A stretch of 58,083 nt of DNA, filler included, from Diploschistes diacapsis (taxonomy: Eukaryota), in NCBI GenBank assembly GCA_023645945.1. It is 7 parts of 7 records of this genome, joined end to end, with 100 filler letters (N's around TTAATTAATTAA, not from the genome) between each part and the next. Parts side by side here need not be neighbours in the genome. Positions count along the whole stretch, not along the records: positions 41,610 to 49,814 come from JALAIB010001185.1; positions 49,915 to 58,083 come from JALAIB010001186.1; 5 more parts are not named here. One strand, given 5' to 3'. Positions within the stretch are counted from its first letter, which is position 1. Every line of letters begins with the position of its first letter. The notes below the pieces were generated by a model. The model saw nothing but the letters and a program-made list of their open reading frames with translations. It searched no databases and was not told the DNA's origin. A program made the translations under genes and the position numbers. Below are positions 45,401-57,865 of this stretch, one piece after another.

Positions 45401-47316
45401 AGTTCATGACGGTACATCTCTGGAATGGCGTACTGATCGACCTCACTCTCCTCGTCTTCTTGCTTGATAATTGTTCCATCGTCAGCCATCATTGGTAGAG
45501 GGCGGTCTTCCAATGACGGGATCGGGACATCCGGATCCAATGTGTCGTCTGCTGTAGGCCGCTCGGGGCTTGGGCTTGGACGGGGAGAAGAATATGAGTA
45601 GTCGTCTGCATGGTTTTGGCTCTTGACCTTTCGGAGAATAGACTCTCGCTTAATCATCTGAGGAAGCTGAATCTCCATTTCCTCCTCGCCTATCTCGGCA
45701 TCCTCATCTTCATGTATCCTGAAATCCATATCTGTTTTGCCTAATACTCGGTCAGGACTAGAACCTGCGCGTCGCAATCGCCTCTCGCGCTGTTCTTCTG
45801 CGGGCGATTTGGCAGCTGGGGACTTCTCTTCGTCTTGCAGCATCATCAGACGCAGCCTATCTTCAAGAGACATTGAGGAAGCGCCGATGCCTTGCAGTTC
45901 AGCTTTGGAGATTGAGGCCGGCCTTGGTGGTGTAGGAAAATTACGCTGGGCAGTGGCGACGCGCTCAGCAGTAGCTTGCAAGCTGCTGTTAGATGCGGAC
46001 CTTTCCCGAGTGGCACCGAGGGCAGGTGGAGGAGGCAAGGGAGGTAGAGGCCGAGACTCGCCATTGGAGGTCCTAGAATCACTTCTTGAGAGTGCACGCA
46101 CCTCCTCGGCCTGTGGTTGGATAGTCTCGGTTGGGCTGGGCTTTCTGGTCTCAAATGGATCTTCAAAAGTCGAGGCAAGGTCATCAGTCGCCCTGTCCGG
46201 ACTCATGAACCTCCAGTCCTCAGGAAGCACGACTGGAGTTTTGTCAGTATCTTCGAGGGAGGCATCGAAGCTTTCGTCGGCGCCTCCGTTCATTGGATAT
46301 CCGAACTCTCCACTCTCTTCATCATCTTCTTCTTCTTCATCTCCAATAGACTCGTAGCTTCCTTCTCTAGAGCCTGAAGCAACCGAAGACGGATCAGGTG
46401 TTGTCATTTCGTATTCGTTGACTTGCGGCGGAGCAGCATCAAAAGTCACGCTCTTGGCATGGCGATGGAGACCTCTGCCTGGCGGGAGCTCATGGCCATA
46501 ATTGTCCTCGTCTTCCGACCAAGTGCCGCTCTCGGGATCAAAGGTACGCCCATAACGACTGTTCTTGGAGAGTGACGACTTTGTGGGGGAAGGTTGGTTG
46601 CGCGTGGGCGACTTCTGTGGCTCACCCGGGACAAGCTCCGACTCTGGAGATTTGAAGGAATTCGCTAGGGGAGACCTTAAAGCATCCGACACGCAGACAT
46701 CCGAGGGTCGACCCCAGAGGTTGCTAGACTGCGCATTAAGGGAACGCCCAGCAGCGAGTGGACGTTCCACGAGTGGTGCAGAGGTCGGATCGTACTCTTG
46801 CTTCTGCTCACGGGCAAACATACTGCTGTTCTTGACACGCGAGGCGCGCTTTAAGTTCTCAATGGAGGAGCGCTTGGATGGAACGGGCGATCCGTCTCGA
46901 GGATCACGGTTCTCACGAGTCGGAGATACCGAGTCGCGGTTCTGCCAGTAAGCTCTAGTGTTGTTTGGTGAGAATGGCGAGTTGTTGAACTTGGATGCGA
47001 AGGGAGAAGAATCAAAAGGAGACGAGTCAAGGAACGATTTCTATGGACTATTAGCTGGATCTGTGCTGGACCTTAAGAGGGTAACATACCTTTGTAGCTT
47101 GGTTGAAGCTTGGAGAGTTGCGCCTGCGCTCCATGGGATTGATCTCAGATAATGGTCGAGGACTCACTCCATTCGCCTTGGTTGGTGACGATGATGGAGT
47201 ACCCTTGTTGATACGTAGAGGTTGAATCTATCTTGCTGGTAAGCATTGCACGGCTTTGCGTTGTGCCCACGGACGGCAACAAGGACATCGAGGAGGCTAC
47301 TCACAGTTTGCGCCAT
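42415..47316 (-). CDS. BUD4: Bud4/anillin-like septin-associated protein (DUF1709-type region + PH domain)
   Basis: Exons 47316-47305, 47227-47090, 47040-44494, 44379-43968, 43913-43180, 43128-42415. RHAKSVTFD, GRLFVKVVGVKDLDLP, LDNGLHCVTT, WEGHLSQQGGDCP|YWRRRFF, IIDFYADS. Confidence 0.9.
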
Positions 47317-47879
47317 TGTGACGACGTCTTGCAATTGTCGAGCTCACTAGGAGCTATACTTGTAAGGAATGCTGACCTATGTGAAGCTTGGTATGAGCTT
47401 GTGTACGACGCCGCCGCGTGGGCCACAACACCACGTGCGACGCGATACTGAACGAATGTATTCCACTGCGATGGCAGACGCCCTTCTTCGACTTCTTCAC
47501 CGACACCGCTTACACAAAACCCTTTAGCGAATACTTTGAGAGCAGAATGCAAGGCGAAGTGCGTGGTTGAAGGAGATTGGTGAGGAGTATTCTGGTGGTG
47601 GAGGAGGTGTTGAAGTACTATAGCTCCTCCTCCTGCCGCGGGACCTTATTTTTGTTTGCACTAGTCTGTGTTTCTACGGCAACAGCACTATCCGATATCA
47701 CAGTCAAAACCGGCTTAGCTCCAAACCCGCGATTTCGAGGGTAAAGGTTTCGGATATATGAAACATCGGAGTTAACTTGCAAGCAAACCTCCGTCTGAAA
47801 GGAAAATTAACGTTTTTTCACGTCTTGGGGTACATGTAGCTTCAGCACACGGGCTAGTATACTGAATTAGTGAATAGCC

Positions 47880-49814
47880 ATGTCACAGAACAGTCGCCGC
47901 CCTCTCTGTGTCTTTTGCCAACATGGTCTCTTCGCGCGAAAGCCGAACCAGAGCTTGGCCTCTCAACAGCAGGGGCGCTTTATGGCGCAAATGCAGAAAC
48001 GAAAACCGGCTAGGATGGTGTTGTCAGAGAGCGTGAGAGCACCAAGAGCGCAGCCTACACTGAGGTTGAAGCCTAATACTAAGCGCGAACGGGGGCCTTT
48101 CGCAGCAATGAATACGACCAGGGTGCCTCGGGACTTGAAACCTATTAACCATGACCAACCTCGTCTTCGAGATTCGAGTGGCAAAGGCACGGATCAAAGG
48201 CAGCGAAAAAGAAATGACGAGACATTCCATGCGCTCAAGATGCAGGGGCAACTAAGTGTAGTGTCTTACGGACACCGCAACGCCCTTAAGGAGGAGATAT
48301 CAGAGATTGACTCGTTCGCAAAGTTCGATTTGTTGCCCGTGATTCAAGAAGCTATCGAACCACAAGCGCTCGCTGGACAGGAAGAAGCTGCACCCACTCC
48401 GATACAGCGCATTGCTATCCCAGCTTTAATTAATCAGCCGCTTGGTCGACGAAAGAAGAGGACATTCTCAGATGCTGGAGATGGCATGGAACAGTTTCTA
48501 TTGGCAGCTGAAACCGGCTCCGGCAAGACGCTAGCTTATCTTCTCCCAATATTACACAGTATTAAACGGACTGAAATGCTCGAATCCGAACATGAAGCCA
48601 AGCGCAAGGCCACATCTATCCTCAAAAAGGCAAAAGACCCTTACTACGTTGAGCCCCCACCCCTCGACGACCGCAAGCACCCAACCTCTGGCCGCCCCCG
48701 CGCCATCGTTCTCCTTCCCACATCCGAGCTAGTCCATCAAGTCGCTCAACTTGTGCGCTCGATGGCCTACAAAGTCAAGGTCCGTTCCAAGGGCATCTCC
48801 GCCGCCGACCCGCCCCACACCATCCGTCGCCGGGTCTTCTCCGAAGACGGCATCGACATACTCGTCTCGACTCCTCACCTCATCCAAGCCATTACAGCCT
48901 CAGACCCCAACATCCTCTCCCGCGTGCGTCACCTCGTCATCGACGAAGCCGACTCCCTCATGGACCGCTCGTTCTCGCGCGTCGTACAGCCAATAATCGA
49001 CAAGTCCGCCTCCGCTCTGGACCAGCTCATATTCTGCAGCGCCACCATCCCTCGATCTCTAGAGAACCATCTCCGCCATCACTACCCTGATATCCGTCGT
49101 CTCGTCACCCCTGCCCTGCACTCCATACCGCGCCGCGTGCAGCTTTCCGTTGTGGACATCGAGAAGATACCCTACCAGGGCAACCGCAATCTCGCCTGCG
49201 CCGACGCAATATACAACATCGACAAGCTCAAGCACGAGCCGGTCCCGGGGCAACCAGACAGTTTCAGCATAAACCGCGTGCTAGTCTTTGTCAACGAGCG
49301 CGAGAAGTCGACGGAGCTAGCAGAGTATCTGCAGAAGAAGGGCATAGACGCAGTGGCGTTCAACAGAGACGCAACGGACGAGCGGCAATCGGAGATACTA
49401 AAGGAATTCACAGCCCGGCCGCCGCACATGAGCGCCCCGCAGTCCTCCGCGGCCGAGGCGCAGGCAGAGCCGGAGCAGCCCATCGCCACGGCCGCCGCAT
49501 CCAGCCCAGGCCGCGAAACCGAGCCCACCTTCGCACAGGCCACCACGCCCTCCATGACCGAGCCGACGCTCGAATTCCTCGCCGTCAAACCGCCCGCCAC
49601 CGAGCCCCTGCGGCAAACGCACCGCGTCAGCTCCTGGCGCGACGCGCCCGGCATCCGGCAGCTGAAGAACGTCAAGGTGCTGGTGTCGACGGACCTGCTG
49701 TCGCGGGGCGTGGACACGCTGGCGGTGCGGCACGTGGTGCTGTACGACGTGCCGCACACGGCGACGGACTTCATCCATCGCCTGGGGAGGGTGGGCAGGA
49801 TGAAGATGAGGGGG
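47880..49814 (+). CDS. MRH4: Mitochondrial DEAD-box RNA helicase, 3' end cut by contig edge
   Basis: Q motif PTPIQ, LAAETGSGKT, LPTSEL, IDEAD, CSATIP, STDLLSRGVD, HRLGRVGR. Arg-rich N-terminal presequence-like region. Confidence 0.88.
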
Positions 49815-49914
49815 NNNNNNNNNNNNNNNNNNNNNNNNNNNNNNNNNNNNNNNNNNNNTTAATTAATTAANNNNNNNNNNNNNNNNNNNNNNNNNNNNNN
49901 NNNNNNNNNNNNNN
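49815..49914. other. Artificial contig spacer
   Basis: N44-TTAATTAATTAA-N44. Confidence 0.98.
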
Positions 49915-50273
49915 GCTCATGGCCAACCCCTTACTCCTCCCCGAACCCCCATTCCCGTTCAGATCCTGGTAGTAGATCGCCTTCCTTGTCGGCCGGCGGT
50001 CCGCGCGGAACAGCGCCTGGTACGTCGGCAGCGCGGACACGATGACGGCGACGCACGCCTCGGCGATGTCGTAGGCGGCCACCTCGGTGAAATCGGTGGT
50101 CTGCGCGACGGATTTCACGTTGCGCACGATGTCCAGCGCGATGATGATGATGCCGATGCTGAAGATCAGCGCGAGGCCGAGTTTTTGCGCGGGGCGGACC
50201 TTGAGCGTGCGGAGCATCCAGAGGGGGAGGACGAGGACTGCGTGGGGAGAGAATTGTGTTAGATAAGGTAGGA

Positions 50274-50309
<36 letters not shown>

Positions 50310-51073
50310 GACGCGGGCGCTTACTGGCTACATCGGTGGCGACGCTCATGGCGCAGAGGACGTCCGTCGAGCGGATGCCGTAGGCCAGGATAGAGGGGGA
50401 GTTGCAGACCACTGCTTCTGCGTCAGCGCCCCGTGCCACTCCCAACTAGACAAGGCAGGCAAAGGCGGCGGCGGGGCTACTCACTGAAGTTATACGCATC
50501 GGCCGTGTCGCCGCACGAGGTCAGGATGTTGAGCACGAACCCGACCCACCAGCCCAGCACGACGAAGACGAGCACGCCCCACCAGGCGCGCATGAAGTTG
50601 GCGTTGATCTTGAACAGCTCGCGGTAGAACAGCATGAAGGTGAATTTGACGAACCAGGTGCTGACGAGGAACATGGAGATTAGCGCATACTGGTAGCGCT
50701 TGTCGCGCGTCCACAGCACGATGGCGGCCGCGGGCGAGATGGGCGTGCCCAGCCCACGCTCCACGTCCGTCAGGAAGAAGGCATCCGGGTACAGCAGCTG
50801 GAAGGCGATGTTCATGCCAATCAGCGCCAGCAGGGCGATCAAGTGCGTGCAGTCGTCCCACAACAGCTTGCGCTTGTACCACCATCGGATCGCGTACCGG
50901 CCGAAGGAGATGAGTATGGTCAGGGCCGTCATTATCCAGGTGTAGACCTGTTCGGCACCGTCGTCGTCAGTCAAGTGGCCCCTTTCCACTTCGCGGAGTA
51001 ACGATGCCTCTCTTACCTCTATGCCCACGAGGGTCAGTGCCGGCGGCGGCACGGCGGCAGCAGCGGAACTCAT
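49915..51073 (-). CDS. Fungal rhodopsin-domain (Pth11-like, no CFEM) integral membrane protein, 3' end cut
   Basis: Introns 51016-50948, 50484-50418, 50324-50238. GRYAIR..LLWDD, WFVKFTFMLFYRELF, TDVA|ILVLPLWML..L.V...KL, AVIVSALP. Confidence 0.82.
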
Positions 51074-52700
51074 GATTGCGATGACGGCGTCGTCGTGGAT
51101 CTCGCTAATACCGTTCTACAAGGGAGAAGGCTGCACAACGGTAAAGAAAGACTAAAGGAACGAACGAATGGCGAGAAGGACCAATAATAATAACAATAGC
51201 GACCGACTAGAAACCAAGAGAAAGGAGAGGTGGGGAGATATCGCAATCGCTCCGCAGGACCCAACTCAACAACGAACATGATAAAGAGGGATGGATAAAG
51301 CAAACCGCAACCATGCAACCGCCCCAAGGGGCCGGCGAGTTGTCTCACGAGAAGAGCCAGACGCGGCGGAGTCGTATAGCGCTATAATGGCATAATCCGC
51401 AAGCTTACCAATTTGATCCTTCATCAAACCAAGCCAACGATCACGCCCATGACAAACGACCTAAGAGAAAGCCCATTAGATAGGGAAGTTGCTCCTCGTT
51501 CTGGAAGGAACGCCGTCGAGCCAAGACGGTTGTAGATACGACCGTACTACATACAACCATACAGAAAATGGGGGAGGGTAGCGACGCATGAGATTCAACG
51601 GCACTAGGATGTCCTGAATTGCGAGTTGTACCATATTTCCAGCTGCCCCTTGGCGCAACACGCTCTCCTATCGTATAGGCTATATGGTAGACATCGATGG
51701 TATATTGGTACAATTGTATTTGCCCCCCTCGGGCCCCGAGTACAAGAAGTCAACGTTCCTCCACGCTGGACACGCTGCTTATGCAAGGTTATCAAGGCTA
51801 TAAGTTAGAACTCGCCAATAAGCGTGCTGGGTGCAGGTTGGCTGTCTGGAATGGAGGGGGCCTGCACAGCCTGCAGCAACGTGTTCGTGCGATGGCCCCC
51901 ACCCCTCGACACCCCCTTAAGTGATTGCCATACCATTTCTAATGCGGACAATGGAATGTCAGTCACGAGGAGCAGCGTAGTAGTAGCAGAGCCGGCACTT
52001 CCCACCACCCACTATGTTCTTGGGGGCCAGTTTAGTCAAGCATATGCCGAACGTGTTTCTGCAGGGTCAAAAAGGAATGCTGGATAGTGTTCGGCTTTTA
52101 AAGTACCTTGTGTGGTTGCATGCATATATGATGCGCCACCCAAGCGAGTCGCTTTGGCATCTTCCGTCCCTGAAAGAGCACGGTCACGAGGTTGAACGTT
52201 CTGCATTATTCAACCTGAGCCGAGCAATGCGGAGTCAGAAGAGAAAGAGTCTTCCAAGACCAGCAACAGCAACAGCAACAGCTCCGCCTCCAGCTGGTAC
52301 TGTAAGCCAATTTCCCACTCACGGTCCGAAAAAGCGGATATTCGGGAGGCAATCGGATACCGGTTCCTCCGGCTCCAGACGTCCTGGATATTCCTGACCA
52401 GGTCGCAAACCGCGGATGGGCGACAGGAGGCCCAGCGCCAATCCCCCGCAGACCCGAACTCCATCTGCGAGGGAAGGATAAGGTTAAGAGCGATGGAGCT
52501 TGGATGGGACGCGATGCGATGCGCGCCATTGTGCCATCGCGCCATTCATATAACGTATGGCGAGTATAAGGTTGTGTGGTCGATAGCCGATGCGAAACCT
52601 CTCCAGCAATACCTCTTTCATTATTAGGCAAGCAATAAGGCAATCAGGAGAAAACCCGTCTCGTCTCTTTTCCGCCTATCCCTATTCTCACATCCCAAAA

Positions 52701-53618
52701 ATGGCAACAACGATGAGCGATGTTCCCCCTCCAGCGACAGCTGCCACCGCCACCGCCACCGCCACCGCCACCCAAACCGTCCGCCAAGACGGCGAGCACT
52801 ACTTCCTGCAAGAATCCAGCACCGAAGTCGAACGCCTCTCCCACCAGCACGACGTGATCCACGCGCACATGGGCTCGCTGATCCTCGCGCCCATGTCGCT
52901 CTCGCAAGCGAACCTGCACATCCTCGACTCGGCCACCGCGGACGGGCACTGGCTGCGCGCCGTCGCCGCCCAGCTGCGAGCCCCCTACTCGCTCGTCGGC
53001 ACCGACATCGTCCCCTCCTACTTCCCCTCCCGCGCGCCCCCGCACACGGAGCTGGTCGTCCAGGACATCGCCTCGCCCTGGCCGCCGGCGTACCGGGGCC
53101 GCTTCGACCTCGTGCACCAGCGGCTCGCGCTGCCGGGGTGCGGCCAGTATCCGATGCGCCGGGCCGTCGACGCGCTGGTCGGCCTGGTCAAGCCGGGCGG
53201 CTGGATCCAGCTGATCGAGGCGGACCACTCGGGCCCCGCGAGCGAGGGGCCGGCGATGCGCGACTCGTTCGGCCTGATCAAGCAGCTGTTCCGGGGAATG
53301 GGGGTGGAGGATGGCTACGCACGCGAGCTGAAGGGCTGGCTGCAGGACGCCGGGCTGGAGGGGGTGGAGGAGCGGGTCTTGGACGTGAGGCTGGGCGCGG
53401 CGAACTCGGACAAGGACCTGGCGCGGAAGGGGACCCGGAGCTTTGTGCTGGCAACGACGGGGCTGGTGCAGGTGGCGCGGGGGGCGCCGACGGGCTTTTC
53501 GCCGGAGCAGTTGGACGGCATTGTGCCGAGTATGGAGAAGGAGTTGAATAATGTGGGGGGCATCCATAGGTTGTACTGTGTTTGGGGGCGGAAGCCTTTG
53601 GCCAAGGGGGAAGACTAA
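52701..53618 (+). CDS. Class I SAM-dependent methyltransferase (secondary-metabolism type)
   Basis: EVERLSHQH, ILDSATADGHWL (variant motif I), LVGTDI, FDLVHQRL, LVKPGGWIQLIE. Intronless. Confidence 0.88.
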   Translation: MATTMSDVPPPATAATATATATATQTVRQDGEHYFLQESSTEVERLSHQHDVIHAHMGSLILAPMSLSQANLHILDSATADGHWLRAVAAQLRAPYSLVGTDIVPSYFPSRAPPHTELVVQDIASPWPPAYRGRFDLVHQRLALPGCGQYPMRRAVDALVGLVKPGGWIQLIEADHSGPASEGPAMRDSFGLIKQLFRGMGVEDGYARELKGWLQDAGLEGVEERVLDVRLGAANSDKDLARKGTRSFVLATTGLVQVARGAPTGFSPEQLDGIVPSMEKELNNVGGIHRLYCVWGRKPLAKGED

Positions 53619-53760
53619 CCCCTAACATGCAGGGGAAGCGTGTGATGCACAGAAGCTTGTTCGAAGTTACGTTTGATAAGGTTATTATTGTATTATCGTT
53701 GGAGTTGAAATCATCGTTTCTCTTTGTAATGTATGGAAAAAATCTATTCGACCTCCATGC

Positions 53761-55545
53761 TCAGTCATGAGCACCAGTTCTCACTACCTTTTCTGCATCC
53801 GACTCTCGCTTCTTGCCATCTTCCAGACCATACTCGGTCTGAAGCTCGGTTCTTAGTTCCACATGCCTTATGGCAAACACCAACAAAAATCCCAGGAGCG
53901 CAAATCCAATAGCCACTTCCCACACGGGCTTCAGGGCCTCGGTGTAGACGTTGAGCACCTGTGCTCGGACATTGTTCGGCAGCGACGTGATATAGCCGCC
54001 GGTCGCGTAGCCGTACGCTTGTCCATTGACGAGCAGCGCACGCGTGCCGGAGTCGCTGATTTCGTTGATATGCGCGTTGAATTGGTTATTGAAGACAATC
54101 GACGGAATTGTAACACCCCAAACGAAGCCGAAGCTGCGAAGAAAAGCGTATGCTCCAGTGGCCGCAGCCACGTCTGACTCTTGGAGCGAAGCTTGGATGG
54201 AAGGTAGAATCGTCGTCATCACAAAGCCGAGCCCAAATGCTTCAATGATCTGGAAGCAGACCCAAGCTGCACGGTTCGATGTCGAGTTCAGAATCGAGAA
54301 GAGGCCCACGCCAATCGCCATGGCCCCAAAACCACATGCATAGAGCCGACGGTATCGGCCAAACTTGGTCATGAGACCTCCAGAGATAATTGCGAAGGGG
54401 ATGAGGAAGCAATTTAACGGCAGAATGTTGACGCCTGATACTAGCGGTGATGCACTCAGAACTGCTTGAAAGTAGATTGGAAGATAGTAAACGATCCATT
54501 CGAGAAGCATGGCGGCGTCGAAGGCGAGAAGGTATCCAACGAAGGATGTGCGGTTAGTAAACAGGCGCGGCGGCATGCTCGGGTTCTTGCAAAGCGGTGA
54601 GGCCTCGTAGATGTGGAAGCTTGCCCATCCCACGAACCCCAGTACGATGGGCACGATAACGTGATAAGAGCCCCAAGGAAAGACGTTTCCGCCGAAAATC
54701 AAACCCAGCAGGATCGCAGTAATGGAGGAGATGAAGATAAAGCTTCCAATCCAGTCGATGCGCGCTAGGGCAGCCACCCACGTGTCCTCCTGCTTGTGCT
54801 TGACCTTTAAGAACAGCGCCATGGCTACCAGAGCGGAGCCTGCGATAGGCAGGTTGATCCAGAACACCCACCTCCAGTTCGCTTGTGCAATGGCTCCCCC
54901 TAACAAGGGCCCAATAGTCGTTCCGATGCCAGCAGTGGAGAGCATGATTCCGAGATATTGACCTCGCTCACGCATCGGCACGAGATCACACGTTATCAGG
55001 TCGACCAGCACGAATATCCCTCCGGATCCCAAGCCTTGCACCGTCCGCCCACCAATCAGCATCGCAGTACTGTTGGCTCCTCCTCCGATACCACTCCCCA
55101 GTATGAACAGTCCCACAGATATCAACATGGGCCATCTCCTGCCGAATATGTCTGAAAATTGGCCTACAAGCGGCTGGACCGCGGTAGACGCCAGAACGAA
55201 CGAGTTGGCGATCCAGACGTACTGGCCCTGGCCGCCGATCTGATTATTGACTGTAGGAAGGGCGGTGGTGATGATTGTTGAGTCGAGAGCCGAGGAGAAA
55301 GAGACGACACACATGGAAGCAAAGACGAGCCAAAACTGCCAGCTGTGCTTCGTTTTTGGCGGCGATTCTTCCGTCTTCGCCTCAGGTTTTCCATTGTTCT
55401 CGGTCATGGTATTTGCGGCAGCTTCGATTGCCGCTGTGTTTTTCATAGCGAGATCATTTTCGGAAGACAGAACTTCGCTGCTAGTATTCTGAGCCTCGAC
55501 CTTTGGTCCGATTTCGGTCGAGCTGGCTTGGTTTCTCTCCATCAT
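53761..55545 (-). CDS. MFS efflux transporter (DHA2, 14-TMS type)
   Basis: 594-aa intronless ORF. ALDSTIITTALP, SDIFGRR, GRTVQGLGSGG, WRWVFWINLP. Confidence 0.93.
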   Translation of the reverse strand: MMERNQASSTEIGPKVEAQNTSSEVLSSENDLAMKNTAAIEAAANTMTENNGKPEAKTEESPPKTKHSWQFWLVFASMCVVSFSSALDSTIITTALPTVNNQIGGQGQYVWIANSFVLASTAVQPLVGQFSDIFGRRWPMLISVGLFILGSGIGGGANSTAMLIGGRTVQGLGSGGIFVLVDLITCDLVPMRERGQYLGIMLSTAGIGTTIGPLLGGAIAQANWRWVFWINLPIAGSALVAMALFLKVKHKQEDTWVAALARIDWIGSFIFISSITAILLGLIFGGNVFPWGSYHVIVPIVLGFVGWASFHIYEASPLCKNPSMPPRLFTNRTSFVGYLLAFDAAMLLEWIVYYLPIYFQAVLSASPLVSGVNILPLNCFLIPFAIISGGLMTKFGRYRRLYACGFGAMAIGVGLFSILNSTSNRAAWVCFQIIEAFGLGFVMTTILPSIQASLQESDVAAATGAYAFLRSFGFVWGVTIPSIVFNNQFNAHINEISDSGTRALLVNGQAYGYATGGYITSLPNNVRAQVLNVYTEALKPVWEVAIGFALLGFLLVFAIRHVELRTELQTEYGLEDGKKRESDAEKVVRTGAHD

Positions 55546-56353
55546 TTTTGGCTGTCATGCTTTTATTTTCCAGTAGTCAGCACTGCCAGGATTCACATCC
55601 CTTGGGGAATGTGTATTCGACACTGAAAAAGAGGAAACACCAGCAACGTTCCCACTAGAACCGCACTCGAAAACTGACACGAGGCCAGAATATCTTGAGG
55701 GTCCTTAGAGATAAAAAAGAGGAAAACTACCCCTCGTATAACAAAGCAGCTAAACCCAAACACAAGGGACTTTTACAAAGCACACCAAGCATCCTGACGA
55801 CGTCGGATCAATCGGAGTCAGATGCGAGAGAGTGTGTGTGTGACTGACAGTTTTTGCAGCATTCGCTGTGGGAGCTCCTTACATACTGACTGTATTATAC
55901 CTAGCAGCATCCTACCTTACCATGCCTATACAATAATACGCAGCCCCTAGCAGCTTGATCAGCTTGACAAACCAGCAGGCTGCAACCACACAATCATGCA
56001 GCTACTTACACCAGTCACAAAAAGCAAGTTGCCAATGGCTACTTGAGCAGGTCCGGTGGCGTCTGCGCAGCGGTCGATTTAATCTCCGCTATAAGTCAAG
56101 TCAAGCATGCCAGCCTAATGCAAGTGGGCCTCATTCAAGCTCTGTCATTCTCATCCTCTCGGACCCTACGGACCCCGATGTCGCCTTGCTCGGATAGCCT
56201 TGCCTCGGGCTGGCTAGCGATGGATAGCTATAGCCATAGCTATCGGGCTACAGGGGCAAATAAAAACTCCGCATCGCGCACAAGGAAGCAAGCTATCCAG
56301 CGTAGCCAACTAGAGCTAGCGAAGACCTCACTCACGAGTCGAGGGACAAAGAA

Positions 56354-57865
56354 ATGGGCATCATATTCGAGGACGAGCGCACCAAAACAAACCGCGCCCT
56401 AGCAGAGCCCACAGGCTCCATAACGCCCCACATCCTGCTGTGGCTTGTGCAGATCGTCGTCCTCGCCGCGCCCAAATTCCGATACCGCCGCTTCGTCTGC
56501 GGGAGCGCCATTATCGGGCTTGCCGTCGCGTCGCAAATAAATCCGTACTTCACCAAGGATGTCTCGACCGCGCAGCCGTTCACCATCGGCTGGGCCAACT
56601 ACCTCTCGACGCTGGAAAAGGTACTTTTCTCAGGCCCAGGGGAGTGGGAGGGCAGCTTCTGGCACGTCGACCAGCCCGCGCGCGAAGCCACCGCGTACAC
56701 AGCGTTCGGGTTCTCGAAGCTGAAATGGGCGCTCGTGCTGTTGATCAATCTGCGGGGCATACGATGGAATTTCCAGGTCAAGAACGTCCCTAAAGCGCCG
56801 AGGGAGACGAAATGGCAGTTCCTGAGGCGGCAGGCCGTGAACGTGGCATACTACCTGATCATGGCAGACTTGATGGTGCAGCTCGGTATTCGCTTCTTCT
56901 ACACCCTTCCTGACGGCCGTGTGGGGGACATGAACACAAAGTACATCACCCTGCGACACGCGGATTGGCGGTGGGATTTCATCAAGGCCTTTGTATTTGG
57001 CGCAACGCCATACTACATGGTGTGCCTGCAGTACAACATGTTTTCGCTCCCTGCGGTGCTGCTAGGAATCAGCAAACCAGAGGTTCGTCCACAATAGGCT
57101 CAGGAGCACTCCAGGCTAAGCAACTAACATCCCATCCTAGGACTGGCCACCCGCCTTCGGCCCCATCTCGACCGCAACGACCGTCCGACAGTTCTGGGGC
57201 GTATACTGGCACCAGACAGTCCGCAGGGTCCGTCATCTCCCCCTTGCTCCTCCCATCAGTATCCCCCAAGCCGACACACAGCATCCCCCTCAACCAAACA
57301 ACACCCCTCCCAACTCCCCCTCACCACCGCCATTCCTCCCTAGCTTCCAAACTAATCCCCACAGGTCCTAAACTCCTGGACCGGCGCCCTCGTCGACTTC
57401 CTGCGCATCCCGCGCGGCACCAACGCGTCATCCTACACCCAGCTCTGGGCCGCCTTCCTTCTGTCCGGCTGCATGCACGCCAACTCCATGCTCGGCCTGC
57501 CTGCGCCCGCCAACATCACGCGGTCCGAGCGCACGCTCGGCATGCTGCAGTTTTTCCTGTTTCATGCGGCGGCTATCACGTTTGAGGATTTTGTGCAGTG
57601 GGTGTGGAGGGCGCTTGGTGGTGGAGCGGCTGAGGAAGGTGGTGTGCAGGGGGGCAGGAGGGTGGATGGTAAGACCGAGGGGGGCAAGGGTGAGGGATCG
57701 AGCATGCTGAGGAGGTTAGTGGGGTATTGCTGGGTGGTGGGGTGTTTTTGGTACAGCATGCATTTCGCTGCCGATGTGATGCTGAGGATGAGGTTGATGG
57801 AGGAGAGTTTTTTGCCGTTTACGGTTGTTGGGGGGTGGGTGAGGATGTTGCCGATTCCGTCGTAG
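56354..57865 (+). CDS. Membrane-bound O-acyltransferase (MBOAT_2/wax-synthase-like acetyltransferase)
   Basis: Exons 56354-57082, 57141-57227, 57365-57865. NLRGIRWN, DWPPAFG..VRQFWG.YWHQ, AFLLSGCMH, FFLFHAAAITFED. Confidence 0.88.

Noticed and set aside
47317..47879. Short divergent promoters (BUD4/MRH4; also HAUS6-like/HD at 13558-14016)
   Set aside because: Common in compact fungal genomes, with no evidence of functional coupling
52644..53628. Long antisense and alternate-frame ORFs over the methyltransferase
   Set aside because: Expected shadows of a high-GC coding sequence
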